Both the position numbers and the translations under genes were made by a program. A stretch of DNA of 62,609 nt, filler included, from Globobulimina sp. (lineage: Eukaryota), in NCBI GenBank assembly GCA_003354225.1. It is 29 parts of 29 records of this genome, joined end to end, with 100 filler letters (N's around TTAATTAATTAA, not from the genome) between each part and the next. Parts side by side here need not be neighbours in the genome. Positions count along the whole stretch, not along the records: positions 21,633 to 23,695 come from PIVH01009318.1; positions 23,796 to 25,858 come from PIVH01009319.1; positions 25,959 to 28,021 come from PIVH01009320.1; positions 28,122 to 30,184 come from PIVH01009321.1; positions 30,285 to 32,347 come from PIVH01009322.1; positions 32,448 to 34,509 come from PIVH01009323.1; 23 more parts are not named here. One strand, given 5' to 3'. Position 1 is the first letter of the stretch. The number at the start of each line of letters is the position of its first letter. Positions 21,633-32,842 of this stretch are shown in pieces. The notes beneath the pieces are model-generated. The model had not been told where the DNA came from and ran no database searches. It saw only the letters and a program-made list of their open reading frames with translations.

Positions 21633-23695
21633 CACAGATACGGATTGTATGTATCTGGAAATAATTTCGTGCGAGTTGATTGATATTGGACCATATTATA
21701 GCTCGTCCGGATTATTTCTTATGGCATATAGCGAGTTGCGAATTCCATTTGTTTTGGTATCAGCGGAATTATTGATTAAAGATACATTATTTTCATATGT
21801 TGCGCCATATCAATTTAGTATGTTTGGCTCAGAGTGGTGGTTTGATATTTTAGCTGAAGCTGACAGTGATGAAAGAAAGATAACATTAATAAACAATGTA
21901 TTTGAAATTAATGATGAAAATGTGGTCCGACCATACCCAACAAATCAAACTTTACATTATTTGGAGGAATTAGATTGGCAACGCGCTGAGTCCGATGAAA
22001 ATTATACCGTAGATATTGATCTCACCAAATATTTTGTAGTTGATGGTGTCATGGAGGTACGCGATAATATTGACATGACAATGATAAATAATGAATTCAG
22101 AGTGAATGAGAATAATTCATACGTAACAGATACAGTATTAATGGATGTCGGTATCGCATGGATTTACATTGAAAATTATAATGGTTCTGTATGTCTGTCA
22201 GGCAATGAATTTACAAACCATGCCCTGTATGTACACAGTGGGAATGTAACGTCCTGTGTAAAACCTCAGTTAATTGAATATTTTGATGTGGGAGATTGTG
22301 ATTCGTATGGTACATTTGGTTCTATTTCAGATGCAGCATTGGTTTATAATCAGCGACAACCGAATATATTTAATATCAATAATAATAATATGACTTCTAT
22401 TGTTGTGGCAGATTTCGATTCATACATTGGTTTGGATAATAACATTGTACGTATACAAAAACAGCTCAATCACACAGATATTCTTCATATTGTAGATGGG
22501 AATTATTTATTTGTAGACACAATCATTAATACAACAACAAGTCATGATATTAAAATCAATGACGATTGTGATGTTGTGTGTTATTCCGTTGTTGATAATG
22601 ATTTACATTTAGTATCAACATTACACGTTGTCTGAGATCTTGAGTCAAACAATTCTTATAATAATACAGTATCAATTAATGAAATAAGTGGACTGCAATA
22701 TAAATCATATTGGTCGCCATATTGGATTGAGATTGTAGCACAAAATGACGGTTTGTATATCCCAGGAAATAAACTATTATTAAATTATTCAATATATGAT
22801 GAATATTACAATAAAATTGATGCAGTAAATTGGGAATTTATAATTAACTTCGAATTCAAATCAATTAATTCTGAAGAGTTCTTTTTAATTTCTTCATTTC
22901 AAATACTGATTAATTCTGATGGAGAATGTCCACAATGTCGAAATGGAATATCATTTTCTGCGGTGACCTTAGATTTGTTAAACCAAACCTATTCATTTAC
23001 TGGTTCTGTTGCCAATAATTATATTATCATTGAAGATCCGTTCAGCATAACAGTCGGTCGTTGTCCATCAGGGTTTGGTGCATCGGGAACAAACCAGTGT
23101 GATATTTGTGCGAGAGGCTATTTCAATTTATTACCAACCACAAATGCATGTTATTATTGCAATGAAAATGAAATCGATGGGATTACGTGTCCTGGAAAAG
23201 ATAGTATTGTCATTGAGTATAATTATTGGATCATGGTTTATCAATTTAGTGCTGTCGATGGTGATATATTTGGTGCAGAATATATTGTGAGCAGTAAATG
23301 TATGAATTATATATATTTATATCTTTGCTTTTTTTTAAATTAAAACAATCACTGAGATCACAATAACTATTTCTTTACACAGGTCCAGGCCAATATTGTT
23401 GCCAACAGACAAATGGATGCGATTTGTTGTATGATTTAGAATTTATATGTGCAGAAAATAGAGACTTTAATACCGCTTTATGTGGTCAATGTATCACAGG
23501 TTTCTCTGAAGTATATGGTACCGCCAAATGTATGATATGCGATGTAACGTATGTACTCAGATTACTTGTGCCTATTTTATACGGACTTTTCTGGGCATTG
23601 TTCATTTTGATTAGCAAGCCATCAAAAAAAAAAAATATGGAATCCAACAATAGTAAATGTAGCTCGTGTAAGTCGTGTTTTAGTACTGAAAAATT
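21633..23695 (+). CDS. Internal part of a large Cys-rich membrane/surface protein; in-frame TGA at 22633-22635; intron 23300-23382
   Basis: ORFs at 21649 and 22753 share a frame, separated by one TGA; CPSGFG..QCDICARGYF and LCGQCITGFSEVYG..C repeats, then a TM helix. Confidence 0.7.
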
Positions 23696-23796
23696 NNNNN
23701 NNNNNNNNNNNNNNNNNNNNNNNNNNNNNNNNNNNNNNNTTAATTAATTAANNNNNNNNNNNNNNNNNNNNNNNNNNNNNNNNNNNNNNNNNNNNT

Positions 23797-25263
23797 TGGA
23801 GCTCAAACTCGAGCGAGAAAGAGAAAAAAGAAGAGGAAAAGGATGCGGATCCGCCGCAGAGTGAGAAGATCAAATACATTAAAAAGAGAAAAATAGACCG
23901 ACAGTACATTAAGCGGATGCTGCGCCATATTAATAAAAACATTAAGAGGGAGCACCAGATCGCCAATCCCAAGAAATTGAAGAAATCCAAGTTATTGTTG
24001 GTAGTGTTTGGCAAAATCTTTGATGCCATCCAAAACCGACAGGCCTTTGATGTGCAGAATGATTACATTTCGCAGGCGCTCACCAACCAGCAATTGAATA
24101 ATCCGACGGAGTTATTAGAGATTTTGGAGACGCGCGACGCGGAATGGAAGCAACGATTGCAATGTTTGCAGTACATCGAGTCCAACATCTCCATCAACGA
24201 GAATCTCTCGCCATTGTTCGACGAAGAAGCCTTTTTATTGCTGATCTTGGGTTGGACCACGCAATTATACGACGAGCGCAGTCGCATCACGCAGACCGCC
24301 GCGGAGTTGTTCCCTTCGTTATTGACGCAGTTGCTGTCCGCCATGGACACTCCGGCCATCGTGTTCGACCAAGAAAACGGCTGTCTCTCGTGCATACTGG
24401 ACGGGCTCTTCACGTTGCTCAAGAATAAGAGGGCCCGCACCCTGGCCGACATCGCCCACGACGTCTTGATAGAAACCATCAACATATTGTCGACGGTGGC
24501 GGGCGACTTGGACGAGACCGCATATATGAAAATCATCAAATTCCTGGAGAAGCACAGCCGATACGACCAGGAGAAGCATGAAAAGGTCCGTGGCGGCTGT
24601 ATACTGTATGCGTTGTTTGTGGTTTATGGCACTGAGACGGGTGGCAAGATTGATAATTTCCTGCAGGTGGAAGCGCAGCAATTATCGAAGAGTGTCAGCT
24701 TTGACTCGGCGAGCGATAACGAGGCGGATGTGGATGATGGGAAGGCGCCGGATTCGGAGCGCAATGTCAAAAAAAAGGAAAAGGAAAAGAAAAAGGATGC
24801 ACGCAATGTGAAAATGGCCAAGTTTGCGCAGCGAGCGTTTTTGTTTAAGGATGATGCATTTATGCAAATATTTGCCAGTATGATTGGGAATGGCATCGAG
24901 GACCGATCCAAGGAGACACGCGATAAAACTATGAAAGTGTTGAAAAAAATCGAGTCGCGCCACAGTGATATTCTTGAGCGATATATTGATGAGTATCAAA
25001 TGAAAAAATATCAGAAGTGGTTGAGATTTAACCAGCCGAAAAAGAAAGGGAAGAAAGGGAAGAAAGGCGGGAAAAAGAGGGAGCGGATTCAGATTCGGAG
25101 GGTCAAGACCCAGGGACATAAACGTATGCATATGCTCAACAAACAAGGTGTTGGCGCCAAATCTGCGCAAAATAGTAACAGTAATCATAATATTAATATT
25201 AATAATAACGATGAGAATGTTGATACAAATATTAATGTTCCAAATGGGACGTCGACACAATGA
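23797..25263 (+). CDS. CLASP/TOG-like HEAT-domain protein, 5' truncated
   Basis: EWKQRLQCLQ and QLYDERSRITQTAA motifs; frame open to the contig start. Confidence 0.7.
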   Translation, partial: WSSNSSEKEKKEEEKDADPPQSEKIKYIKKRKIDRQYIKRMLRHINKNIKREHQIANPKKLKKSKLLLVVFGKIFDAIQNRQAFDVQNDYISQALTNQQLNNPTELLEILETRDAEWKQRLQCLQYIESNISINENLSPLFDEEAFLLLILGWTTQLYDERSRITQTAAELFPSLLTQLLSAMDTPAIVFDQENGCLSCILDGLFTLLKNKRARTLADIAHDVLIETINILSTVAGDLDETAYMKIIKFLEKHSRYDQEKHEKVRGGCILYALFVVYGTETGGKIDNFLQVEAQQLSKSVSFDSASDNEADVDDGKAPDSERNVKKKEKEKKKDARNVKMAKFAQRAFLFKDDAFMQIFASMIGNGIEDRSKETRDKTMKVLKKIESRHSDILERYIDEYQMKKYQKWLRFNQPKKKGKKGKKGGKKRERIQIRRVKTQGHKRMHMLNKQGVGAKSAQNSNSNHNININNNDENVDTNINVPNGTSTQ

Positions 25264-25958
25264 TTCGATATATTGATTATAATTTTCTTCTTTGTTTTGT
25301 TCTAAATGTAATGCTTTATTTTGTGATGCATTTCTATGAAGTGTTGCATATTTTGATTGTTTTTCTTTGTTTAATTTATTTATTTATTATATCTCTCCAC
25401 ATTGTTTGTAAATATTATTTCATTTTGTTTGGGAAAATTTAAGTCGATATTCAGTTGATTTTTTCCGTCTACAATCAATATTTAACAGACTAAACGAATA
25501 AATACTGAATTATGTCACCGTATATATATGCAAAAGGACATAATAAACAATTACTTACATTTTTTGTAGCACATTAAGTTTTTAATTGAGTTGATAACCT
25601 TGAGATCGTTGCTGAGACGAATGAAATGGCACTGAATTAGTGACTTTACTTTCTTTTCACTTAAATGCACTTTGTCTTTTGTGTATGCCACACAAACACT
25701 CCTTCAAATATTCACCTTCTAGCATTTTTTCATTTATATAAATGTTTGAGTTTGTTGTGACTGTGGATTGCCCCAAATTATTTATTCAAATATCAATTTT
25801 TTTCTTTTGCTTTTCTTTGTGTGCTATGGCTGTGGATTGCCAATTAAATATCACTTAANNNNNNNNNNNNNNNNNNNNNNNNNNNNNNNNNNNNNNNNNN
25901 NNTTAATTAATTAANNNNNNNNNNNNNNNNNNNNNNNNNNNNNNNNNNNNNNNNNNNN

Positions 25959-26116
25959 TTTATGATGAATCGCGATCTGTAATTAAGACATTCTTAGAAA
26001 ATGTTGTCAAAGACGCAGTGACTTACACCGAATATTCGAAAAGAAAGACTGTCACTGCTTTGGATGTTGTGTATGCACTAAAAAGACAAGGAAGAACCAT
26101 CTATGGCTTCAACTAA
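25959..26116 (+). CDS. H4: Histone H4, C-terminal half (divergent)
   Basis: [51 protein letters not shown]-stop; not in the ORF track. Confidence 0.97.
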
Positions 26117-26170
26117 AACTAAAACTAAATTTATATCTCATATTACTTATTTATTTTTTATTTTTTACCA

Positions 26171-26192
26171 GGTGTTTTTCAACACCACCAAA
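26171..26192 (+). promoter_or_regulatory. Histone mRNA 3' stem-loop
   Basis: GGTGTT-TTTC-AACACC followed by ACCAAA, 54 nt after the H4 stop; 6-bp stem and 4-nt loop as in the consensus. Confidence 0.85.
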
Positions 26193-26595
26193 CGAATTAA
26201 GTACATTGTTCTTTTCATTTTAAATAAACGTACATATAAATACTGCGTTCTTTTTTGATTAGGTATCACTTTCAAGTTTCAATGAAAATTAAATGTGTTA
26301 TAATTAATATATTCAGATCATTTGGAACCGGAATAGATTGTAATTATTAATAATTTAAAGTGTATGCATTCACAATTGTGATGAAATAACATGGATTATA
26401 TATAATATGTTTGATATTTGCATAAAAAATATCTTTGCATGACATTTCCAAAAAGTCGATGTCAGAAAACTGCAGTGTGTCGAAAAATGTTCACTGTTTA
26501 TTCCCATACTTTCATGGCGGGAATAAACCAGATGTTTATATATCACATTAATTGAAATGGTAGATTCATATAACAAAACAGTCAAAGTCAAAAAG

Positions 26596-26668
26596 GGGGT
26601 ACTGGCGCAATCGGAAGCGCGTAACGTTCGCAACGTTAAGGCACCGGGATCGAAACCCGGGTACTCCA
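26596..26668 (+). tRNA. trnA-CGC: tRNA-Ala (anticodon CGC)
   Basis: Cloverleaf with GGGGTAC/GTACTCC acceptor including G3:U70; anticodon loop TTCGCAA; T-arm CCGGG-ATCGAAA-CCCGG. Confidence 0.95.
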
Positions 26669-27557
26669 TATATTTATTTATTCTCATTTAAATATACTTT
26701 TCTTTTTTTTGTTTTGATTTAATATTACATACAAATAATAAAAATGTGCTGAAAACCATATCTTTCTCAGATTGTAGTATTACAATATCATCGCCATCAG
26801 TTGTCATGGCCGGTAGTAATATGATTTCATACATATTCATATCACCATTGCTTCTCTTGGTTGTCATCCTCAGATAATACAATACAATTTGACATCTTAA
26901 TGTGTTGTCAATATGAATCGATTGTTTGCAATCTGATAAACATCATTTGAGTCAAACATGAATGTTTTCAGAGCAGAGCTAGCTAGCTAGCTAGCTAGAA
27001 TTAAGCATCTTAAATGTCGTTTTTTTGGTGTCAAATGTTTGAGAAGATTGGAAAATATTTATATTCATTTGCATGATGAATTGCATCGTATTTACCATTG
27101 ATGGTCGCATCGTATTTAGCATCAAAACCAGAAGAAAAACTGCAACAACATATTCCATTACAAAATACACACAAAGCAAAAGCTGTGACTCAGACTTATT
27201 CGATCAATGAATGATAAATAAAGGAGATAAAGGATAATATTGGAAGGAAATGATGATTTTATGATGATTTATGCGTGCAATTTGAAATTGAGATATATGA
27301 TTCTGGCAAGCTAATTTTTTTATTTTTCATATTGAAGCATTATTTTTTATTGTTTGCAATGAGGAAAAGAGAGAATCGGATTTTTTGTAATAAAACCTGG
27401 TGCTGCCAATAGATTTGTGTTAAAAAGTCCGAAATTATAAAAAATAAAAAAAATTATTAGCATCATATTCAAGCATCACAGCACAAAAAACAACCAATCA
27501 ACAATCAATTAACAATAAATCAATCTCAATCTCATTTTTCGAATTAATTAATTAATT

Positions 27558-28021
27558 ATGTCATCCCCAAAATTTATTTTTATGATTTGTAAAGCAATCG
27601 GTGGCACCAAATCAGGCAACAAAGGCGCCTCAAGAGCAGCCATCGCAAATTATATTATTGAGAACTTCGGAAAGAGCGCCGGTGGATTATTCAACGCCGC
27701 ATTACGCAGAGCATTGAAGAAAGGAATGGAAGCTGGTGTACTCAAACAAGGTGCCACTGCGCAGAGATTCAAGTTTGGTGACAATGTGAAATCAATCACA
27801 AATCCACCAAAAGCAAAGAAGCCAAAAAAAAAGAAAGTCACAAAGAAAAAGAAAAAGGTCACCAAAAAGAAAAAGAAAGTCACCAAGAAAAAGAAGAAAG
27901 TGACAAAAAAGAAAAAAACAACAAAAAAAAAGAAACCAGCCACCAAAAAGAAAGCAGCTAAAAAATCGGCAAAAAAGAAAACAACCAAAAAGAAAAAAAC
28001 AGCAAGAAAATCAAAGAAATA
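27558..28021 (+). CDS. H1: Linker histone H1 (winged-helix globular domain plus Lys-rich tail)
   Basis: GASRAAIANYI...LRRALKKG...GVLKQG...RFK followed by KKKKVT repeats; contig ends in TA, probably the stop codon. Confidence 0.92.
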
Positions 28022-28122
28022 NNNNNNNNNNNNNNNNNNNNNNNNNNNNNNNNNNNNNNNNNNNNTTAATTAATTAANNNNNNNNNNNNNNNNNNNNNNN
28101 NNNNNNNNNNNNNNNNNNNNNA

Positions 28123-28520
28123 AGAAGCCGTGCCTCGACTAGGGAACTGATTGTTGTTTCCGATTTTCAACGCAGCGCCGTCGAAGCCGGCGAGAGAGGA
28201 CGACGCGACAGCGGCGTCGACTTCGTCGCCCGTGCCGTCACCACCGGCGGCGAAGTGAACGCCTCCCTCGCCGCCGTCACCCTGACACGCCAATCGCTGG
28301 GTGCGGGCGAAGCCGTCCAGTTGACCGCGCGCATCGTCAACACGGGTCCGCTACCGGTAGTGGACGCTGCTCTCATCATGGACGTGAACGGGCAGGAACG
28401 GGAGCGGCGGACCCTGTCTCTTGCTCCCGGCGAAAGCCGCGACGGGAATTTTCGCCTGGTGCTGGCCGCCGATGAACTCCTGCCGGTGCGCATCCATCTG
28501 AGCGACGACGCCTTGCAAGC
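28123..28520 (+). CDS. GC-rich bacterial-type fragment (VWA end + CARDB/Ig-like domain, BatA-family-like)
   Basis: RELIVVSDFQ...LTARIVNTG...LSLAPGES...DDAL; far higher GC than its surroundings. Confidence 0.65.
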
Positions 28521-28827
28521 CGCGAGAAATACGGATACGAAGAAGATTGAGGCGGAATTAAAACGGAAGAAAATAGCAGCACAACAAAAATGGAAATCGC
28601 AATCATCAATGTTAAGGGAAGCAATTCGAAATTCCAAAGCCATCGAAGACGCGTTGAAAGCTGGCAAATCATTAGCGGATATCCCAAAAATGACGTCTTC
28701 TGTGCCTGACTGTAGGGTGCCATGTCCTCACTGTGGAAGAAAATTTGCTGAAGAAACTGCGAAAAGACATATTCCAAAATGTCAAAATATTAAAGCAAGA
28801 CCAAAGGCTTTGAAAAGAAGAAAGTGA
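28521..28827 (+). CDS. C-terminus of a C2HC zinc-finger protein (ZC2HC1-like)
   Basis: KWKSQSSMLREAI and CPHCGRKFAEETAKRHIPKC. Confidence 0.85.
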
Positions 28828-28950
28828 TTTGTTTTTAGATAGATTTCTTTTATTCACATTTTACGCACCTTCTTATTTATTTAATATTTCTACAATTTTA
28901 CTATTTGAAATTTCTTGTTTGCGCATGCGGCAGCCGCAAAATGCATTGCA

Positions 28951-28977
28951 TTCAGAATTTTCGTCGAAAATTCTGAA
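28951..28977. repeat. Near-perfect palindrome between convergent genes
   Basis: TTCAGAATTTTCG-T-CGAAAATTCTGAA (13-bp arms). Confidence 0.85.
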
Positions 28978-29127
28978 CTAAATGCGAGCTGTATTCAAGA
29001 TTTCTTTGTTATAGTTTGTTATGAATGACATGGGTGTTTCATGTTTTAATAGCAAACTTAATCTGTCTGAAGGTCCGATTTCAGACTTGCGCGTAACTAA
29101 AATTATAAATAAACATTTAGTTTACGT

Positions 29128-29802
29128 TTAATGCGGAAATTGTACTTGTGTTTCACATATTAAGTTTAAACCAGAGTTTTGTAACAATTCTCTGGAAATT
29201 CTCAATCGGAGTGAATCCAGCTTTGACAAATCCAAATGTACCACTCCGTGTTCCTCACTATTCCATTCACCGATTCTTCTTATGGTTATATTGCATATTT
29301 GTAAATACGCTTCAACGGAATTATATTTTTTTTTCCATTTTTTCATTTGCGTTGCATTAACATATAAATAAGGATGATACGAATCAAATATCTCAATAAC
29401 AATTGTAAATATTTTACGTTCATCCCACTGAAAATTACTCCAATTTGTCGGATATATGGTTTGTTTTTTATCGCCGTATTTTAATGTAAAACCACAAACT
29501 TTAAATTGTTTTTGTATTGTTTCCATTAACGATTTCCAAGTACCAGTTATTGGACAATATAAAACTTGTTTTATTATCTTTTCATATTTCAATCTCATAA
29601 TTGATGGTTTTGCATAGAAAAATAGAACCAAATCTTGAATGTTTTGTGGCATAAATAATGTTTTATTGTTTAAACTCAAATATGCTTCGACTATTAAGAT
29701 ATGTCCAACATTAATGTTGCTTGGATCGATTCTATGTTTATTTAACTGTTCCATGGTCACATTTGAAATTGTTTTGCAAACAGAAAATTTAGTTACACCC
29801 AT
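29128..29802 (-). CDS. Hypothetical protein with recurrent box motif (start may be the ATG at 29754)
   Basis: 224-aa ORF; LIVEAYL...MPQNIQDLVLFFY. Confidence 0.6.
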   Translation of the reverse strand: MGVTKFSVCKTISNVTMEQLNKHRIDPSNINVGHILIVEAYLSLNNKTLFMPQNIQDLVLFFYAKPSIMRLKYEKIIKQVLYCPITGTWKSLMETIQKQFKVCGFTLKYGDKKQTIYPTNWSNFQWDERKIFTIVIEIFDSYHPYLYVNATQMKKWKKKYNSVEAYLQICNITIRRIGEWNSEEHGVVHLDLSKLDSLRLRISRELLQNSGLNLICETQVQFPH

Positions 29803-29809
29803 AATTATA

Positions 29810-30184
29810 ATGGGAAGTTTATTATCTGCCAGAAACGTTTCAAATCGATCGTCAGTGCTGTCAGACTCAGAGAGATTAAATTATTTAGTTACGATGTATA
29901 TTTACATGTCATTTCTAAAGCATAATGATTATAAATATCCGTCATCATTGACACTGATTATTATAAAATATTTGGGAAACATATTCGTTGGATTTGATGT
30001 TGTTCATAAAAAATATCAACATTTCTTGCAAAATGAAGGTAAAATAATCAAAGTGAATCAACGAGATGGCATTTTTAATTTGGTTACCATTGGTTGTTCA
30101 AAACCATTTGATAGCGGCATCAATGAAGTCAGAATAAAATGTGTAAAACCAGCGTATGATCAAATTGGACGTTCAAATGGCCGT
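29810..30184 (+). CDS. Putatively myristoylated protein with recurrent box motif and SPRY-like start; 3' truncated
   Basis: MGSLLS start; YLVTMYI...YPSSLTLIIIKYLG; GCSKPFDSGINEVRIKC. Confidence 0.6.
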
Positions 30185-30770
30185 NNNNNNNNNNNNNNNN
30201 NNNNNNNNNNNNNNNNNNNNNNNNNNNNTTAATTAATTAANNNNNNNNNNNNNNNNNNNNNNNNNNNNNNNNNNNNNNNNNNNNTTACAATTTAATAATT
30301 GTAAGTATAAATAAATACAAACATAAATACATCGAACAACCATTAAATTGTATTTTCAGTTATATTAAATAAATTGTGGAATTGATCACAGAGAACATTA
30401 CACCCGTCTGTCGGATCCAATACGTCCATTGGTCGACTCCTAAAATAGGTTCAGCATTATTTACGGCCCAACGTTGCCTATGTTGTGGATATAGCAGATT
30501 GCTCACTTTTTTGTCTTTTTTGTCTATTTCGGGTTATGTAGATTTTTCGAAAGCAAATTCTATTCACATTAATTTCTTGAATTATCAAATATACAGATGT
30601 GGAATCCAGTTTTTTGTCATGATCATCTTGGTAGTTTTCAGTTCGGCAGTAGTTTTTCTCATCTTTAGCATGGCAACTGAACAGGTATTTTTTTCAAACA
30701 TTTTTAGCGTTTAACATTTGTTTATATCAATTAAGGTCAAGGTACACATGATTATTCAATCAAACGTACA

Positions 30771-31760
30771 TTGACTGCGTACTTCGCGAGCCAGGCACAG
30801 TACATTTACAACAACAGTTTGCGGCAATGCATCGAAGGTATGACCAAAGCAGGCACCATTTCGATGGATTGGACGCTGGGCAATGCGTTGACGGCCTATT
30901 GTTTCGCAAAGAAAAATGATTGGGAGTCGGCCATGAATTCGATAGACCCGATTCCCACCAAATTGTACGACGCTGTCATCTTACAATGCGCCTCGATGCT
31001 AAGTGACAGCGTCTCGGAGGACATCGAAATGAACAAACAAATATCGGCGCAAATGTTCATTGGCCGCATCAATAACTTACGCTTCATCGCGAAAAAGAGC
31101 GACGAAGCGTGGAAGGAGTTAATCGATGAATATTTATGCCATTTTAAGCACGATTTTAATGGCTTGGTGACTTTGGCGGACATTTGGCTGAGTCGCGGGG
31201 CGTATAAATGTGCGTATTTTGTCTATTTCCGCATTTATAAGTTGTTCCCCGTGCGATATGGATGCAATTTTATACTCCGCCTGAAATTCGCGGAGTGTAT
31301 GCGGCTCAATGGTTTGCAGTCGGAATCTTTGGCGGAATTCCGCGATGTTTACGGCTCGTTTGATCACAAAGACAAAGGTATCGGCGAGGAACTGTCGGCG
31401 ATGTCGGATTTATTGCTTGGCTATGCTTTGTTGTGTCTGAGTGTCGGCGACTTCGAGACTGCCGAAATGTTGCTAAAAAAAAGCAATCGGAGGCACATTT
31501 TGCATAAATTGGCGAGTGCGCATTTGACATTGTTGTCGCAGGGCGATGTGGCGGCGGTTTATGATGATTTTAAGGAGGAATGCGGCGACAATCCGTTGTT
31601 GTTGGCGTGTGTGGTCCGTGCGGGGAAGTTGATCGATGCCGACGTGGCCGGCTTGGAAAGCAAATTAAAAGGGCTCATCGGGGGCAAATATGGTCAGATT
31701 GCGGTGGTGAAGGAATATTGCGAGTTGTCAGATATCCGTCAGAAACATCATTGCGTTTAA
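30771..31760 (+). CDS. TPR-like alpha-solenoid protein (weak resemblance to EMC2 and COP-epsilon segments); true start uncertain
   Basis: 329-aa ORF; ELIDEYLCHFKHDFNGLVTLADIW..GAYKCAYF helical repeat. Confidence 0.5.
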   Translation: MTAYFASQAQYIYNNSLRQCIEGMTKAGTISMDWTLGNALTAYCFAKKNDWESAMNSIDPIPTKLYDAVILQCASMLSDSVSEDIEMNKQISAQMFIGRINNLRFIAKKSDEAWKELIDEYLCHFKHDFNGLVTLADIWLSRGAYKCAYFVYFRIYKLFPVRYGCNFILRLKFAECMRLNGLQSESLAEFRDVYGSFDHKDKGIGEELSAMSDLLLGYALLCLSVGDFETAEMLLKKSNRRHILHKLASAHLTLLSQGDVAAVYDDFKEECGDNPLLLACVVRAGKLIDADVAGLESKLKGLIGGKYGQIAVVKEYCELSDIRQKHHCV

Positions 31761-32085
31761 TTGCGGATTTAAATCGTTAAAATCTACATTTATAAATTTA
31801 ATAATAAAACAGACAAAAACAAACACGCCAAATCTTATGATATTGATAATGCAGTGCCAACAATTGATAATTTTATAGGACATCTCAAACAATGCAACAC
31901 ATCAACTCTCAAAAAAGCAGCATTATCCAACGTCATTGCGAAAGTCATTGAATATGTGTTGATTAACAAAGTACAATATTTTATGTTGTTTCAAGTGTTG
32001 CGACTGTGTGAGTTTAACTTTTAACAGATAACGTCACGCGAATAAGACTCACATTTTTAGATACAAATCATTTCATAAATAACAA

Positions 32086-32347
32086 TCACACACAGTCAAA
32101 AATTAATAAATCTTGCCTATCACCAGAATAATCACTTGTTTGTTGAATTGATATTTTAATTTTTGGATATTTAATATTTAATGATGATGAGATTGATGAA
32201 TATACAAAATATAACCAACTTCGTCTCCCTTTATAATAATCCTTCCATACGCCATATAATGAACATTTTATTTTATTTCTTTTTCTTGTTTCACTTAAAA
32301 TATCCAATAAACCACATAATGAAAATTGATATGAATATTCTCCATTC
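32086..32347 (-). CDS. C-terminus of an unknown protein, paralogous to 45420-45737
   Basis: KCSLYGVWKD...SWLYFVY...TSDYSGDRQDLLIFDCV. Confidence 0.65.
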
Positions 32348-32447
32348 NNNNNNNNNNNNNNNNNNNNNNNNNNNNNNNNNNNNNNNNNNNNTTAATTAAT
32401 TAANNNNNNNNNNNNNNNNNNNNNNNNNNNNNNNNNNNNNNNNNNNN

Positions 32448-32575
32448 TTTCTATCTTTCTCTGAATATGAATATAAATAATCTCCTTTTAACACCATCCA
32501 TCTTCTTCTGAATTGCTTTAAATATTTTGATTGTTTGTCGAGATAACCTTCTTTGATGATGACAGGATCTGCCAT
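32448..32575 (-). CDS. PH-domain protein N-terminus, 3' truncated
   Basis: MADPVIIKEGYLDKQSKYLKQFRRRWMVLKGDYLYSY. Confidence 0.9.
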
Positions 32576-32842
32576 CACGTTGTTCTAATAAGTTTGCACT
32601 GCAAAGTTGGCAAACACCATGCACACTTTGTGGAAATGTGGGGAAAGGTTTTTATTTTTGTTTTATTTTATTAAAACAAAAAAACTTTTTACACTTTAAT
32701 TTCAAACTAATCTTTAACATATACTGATTCGAAACTTAGTCTTTTCTAGAAGCTATCACCACAAACACAAATAGATATATTAAAAAACCTACCATAAATT
32801 TTTTTCAAAAATCCCAACAAACTTTCAAAAATTTTCCTCACC

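Noticed and set aside
22633-22635. Genome-wide TGA reassignment
   Set aside because: TGA terminates several clear genes in the window; only a local explanation is retained
26977-26998. (GCTA)n microsatellite; also a 12-bp triple repeat near 50248-50285
   Set aside because: Simple short tandem repeats with no evidence of function
27543-27556. ATTAATTAATTAAT upstream of H1, resembling the linker core
   Set aside because: No flanking Ns; natural AT-rich 5' sequence
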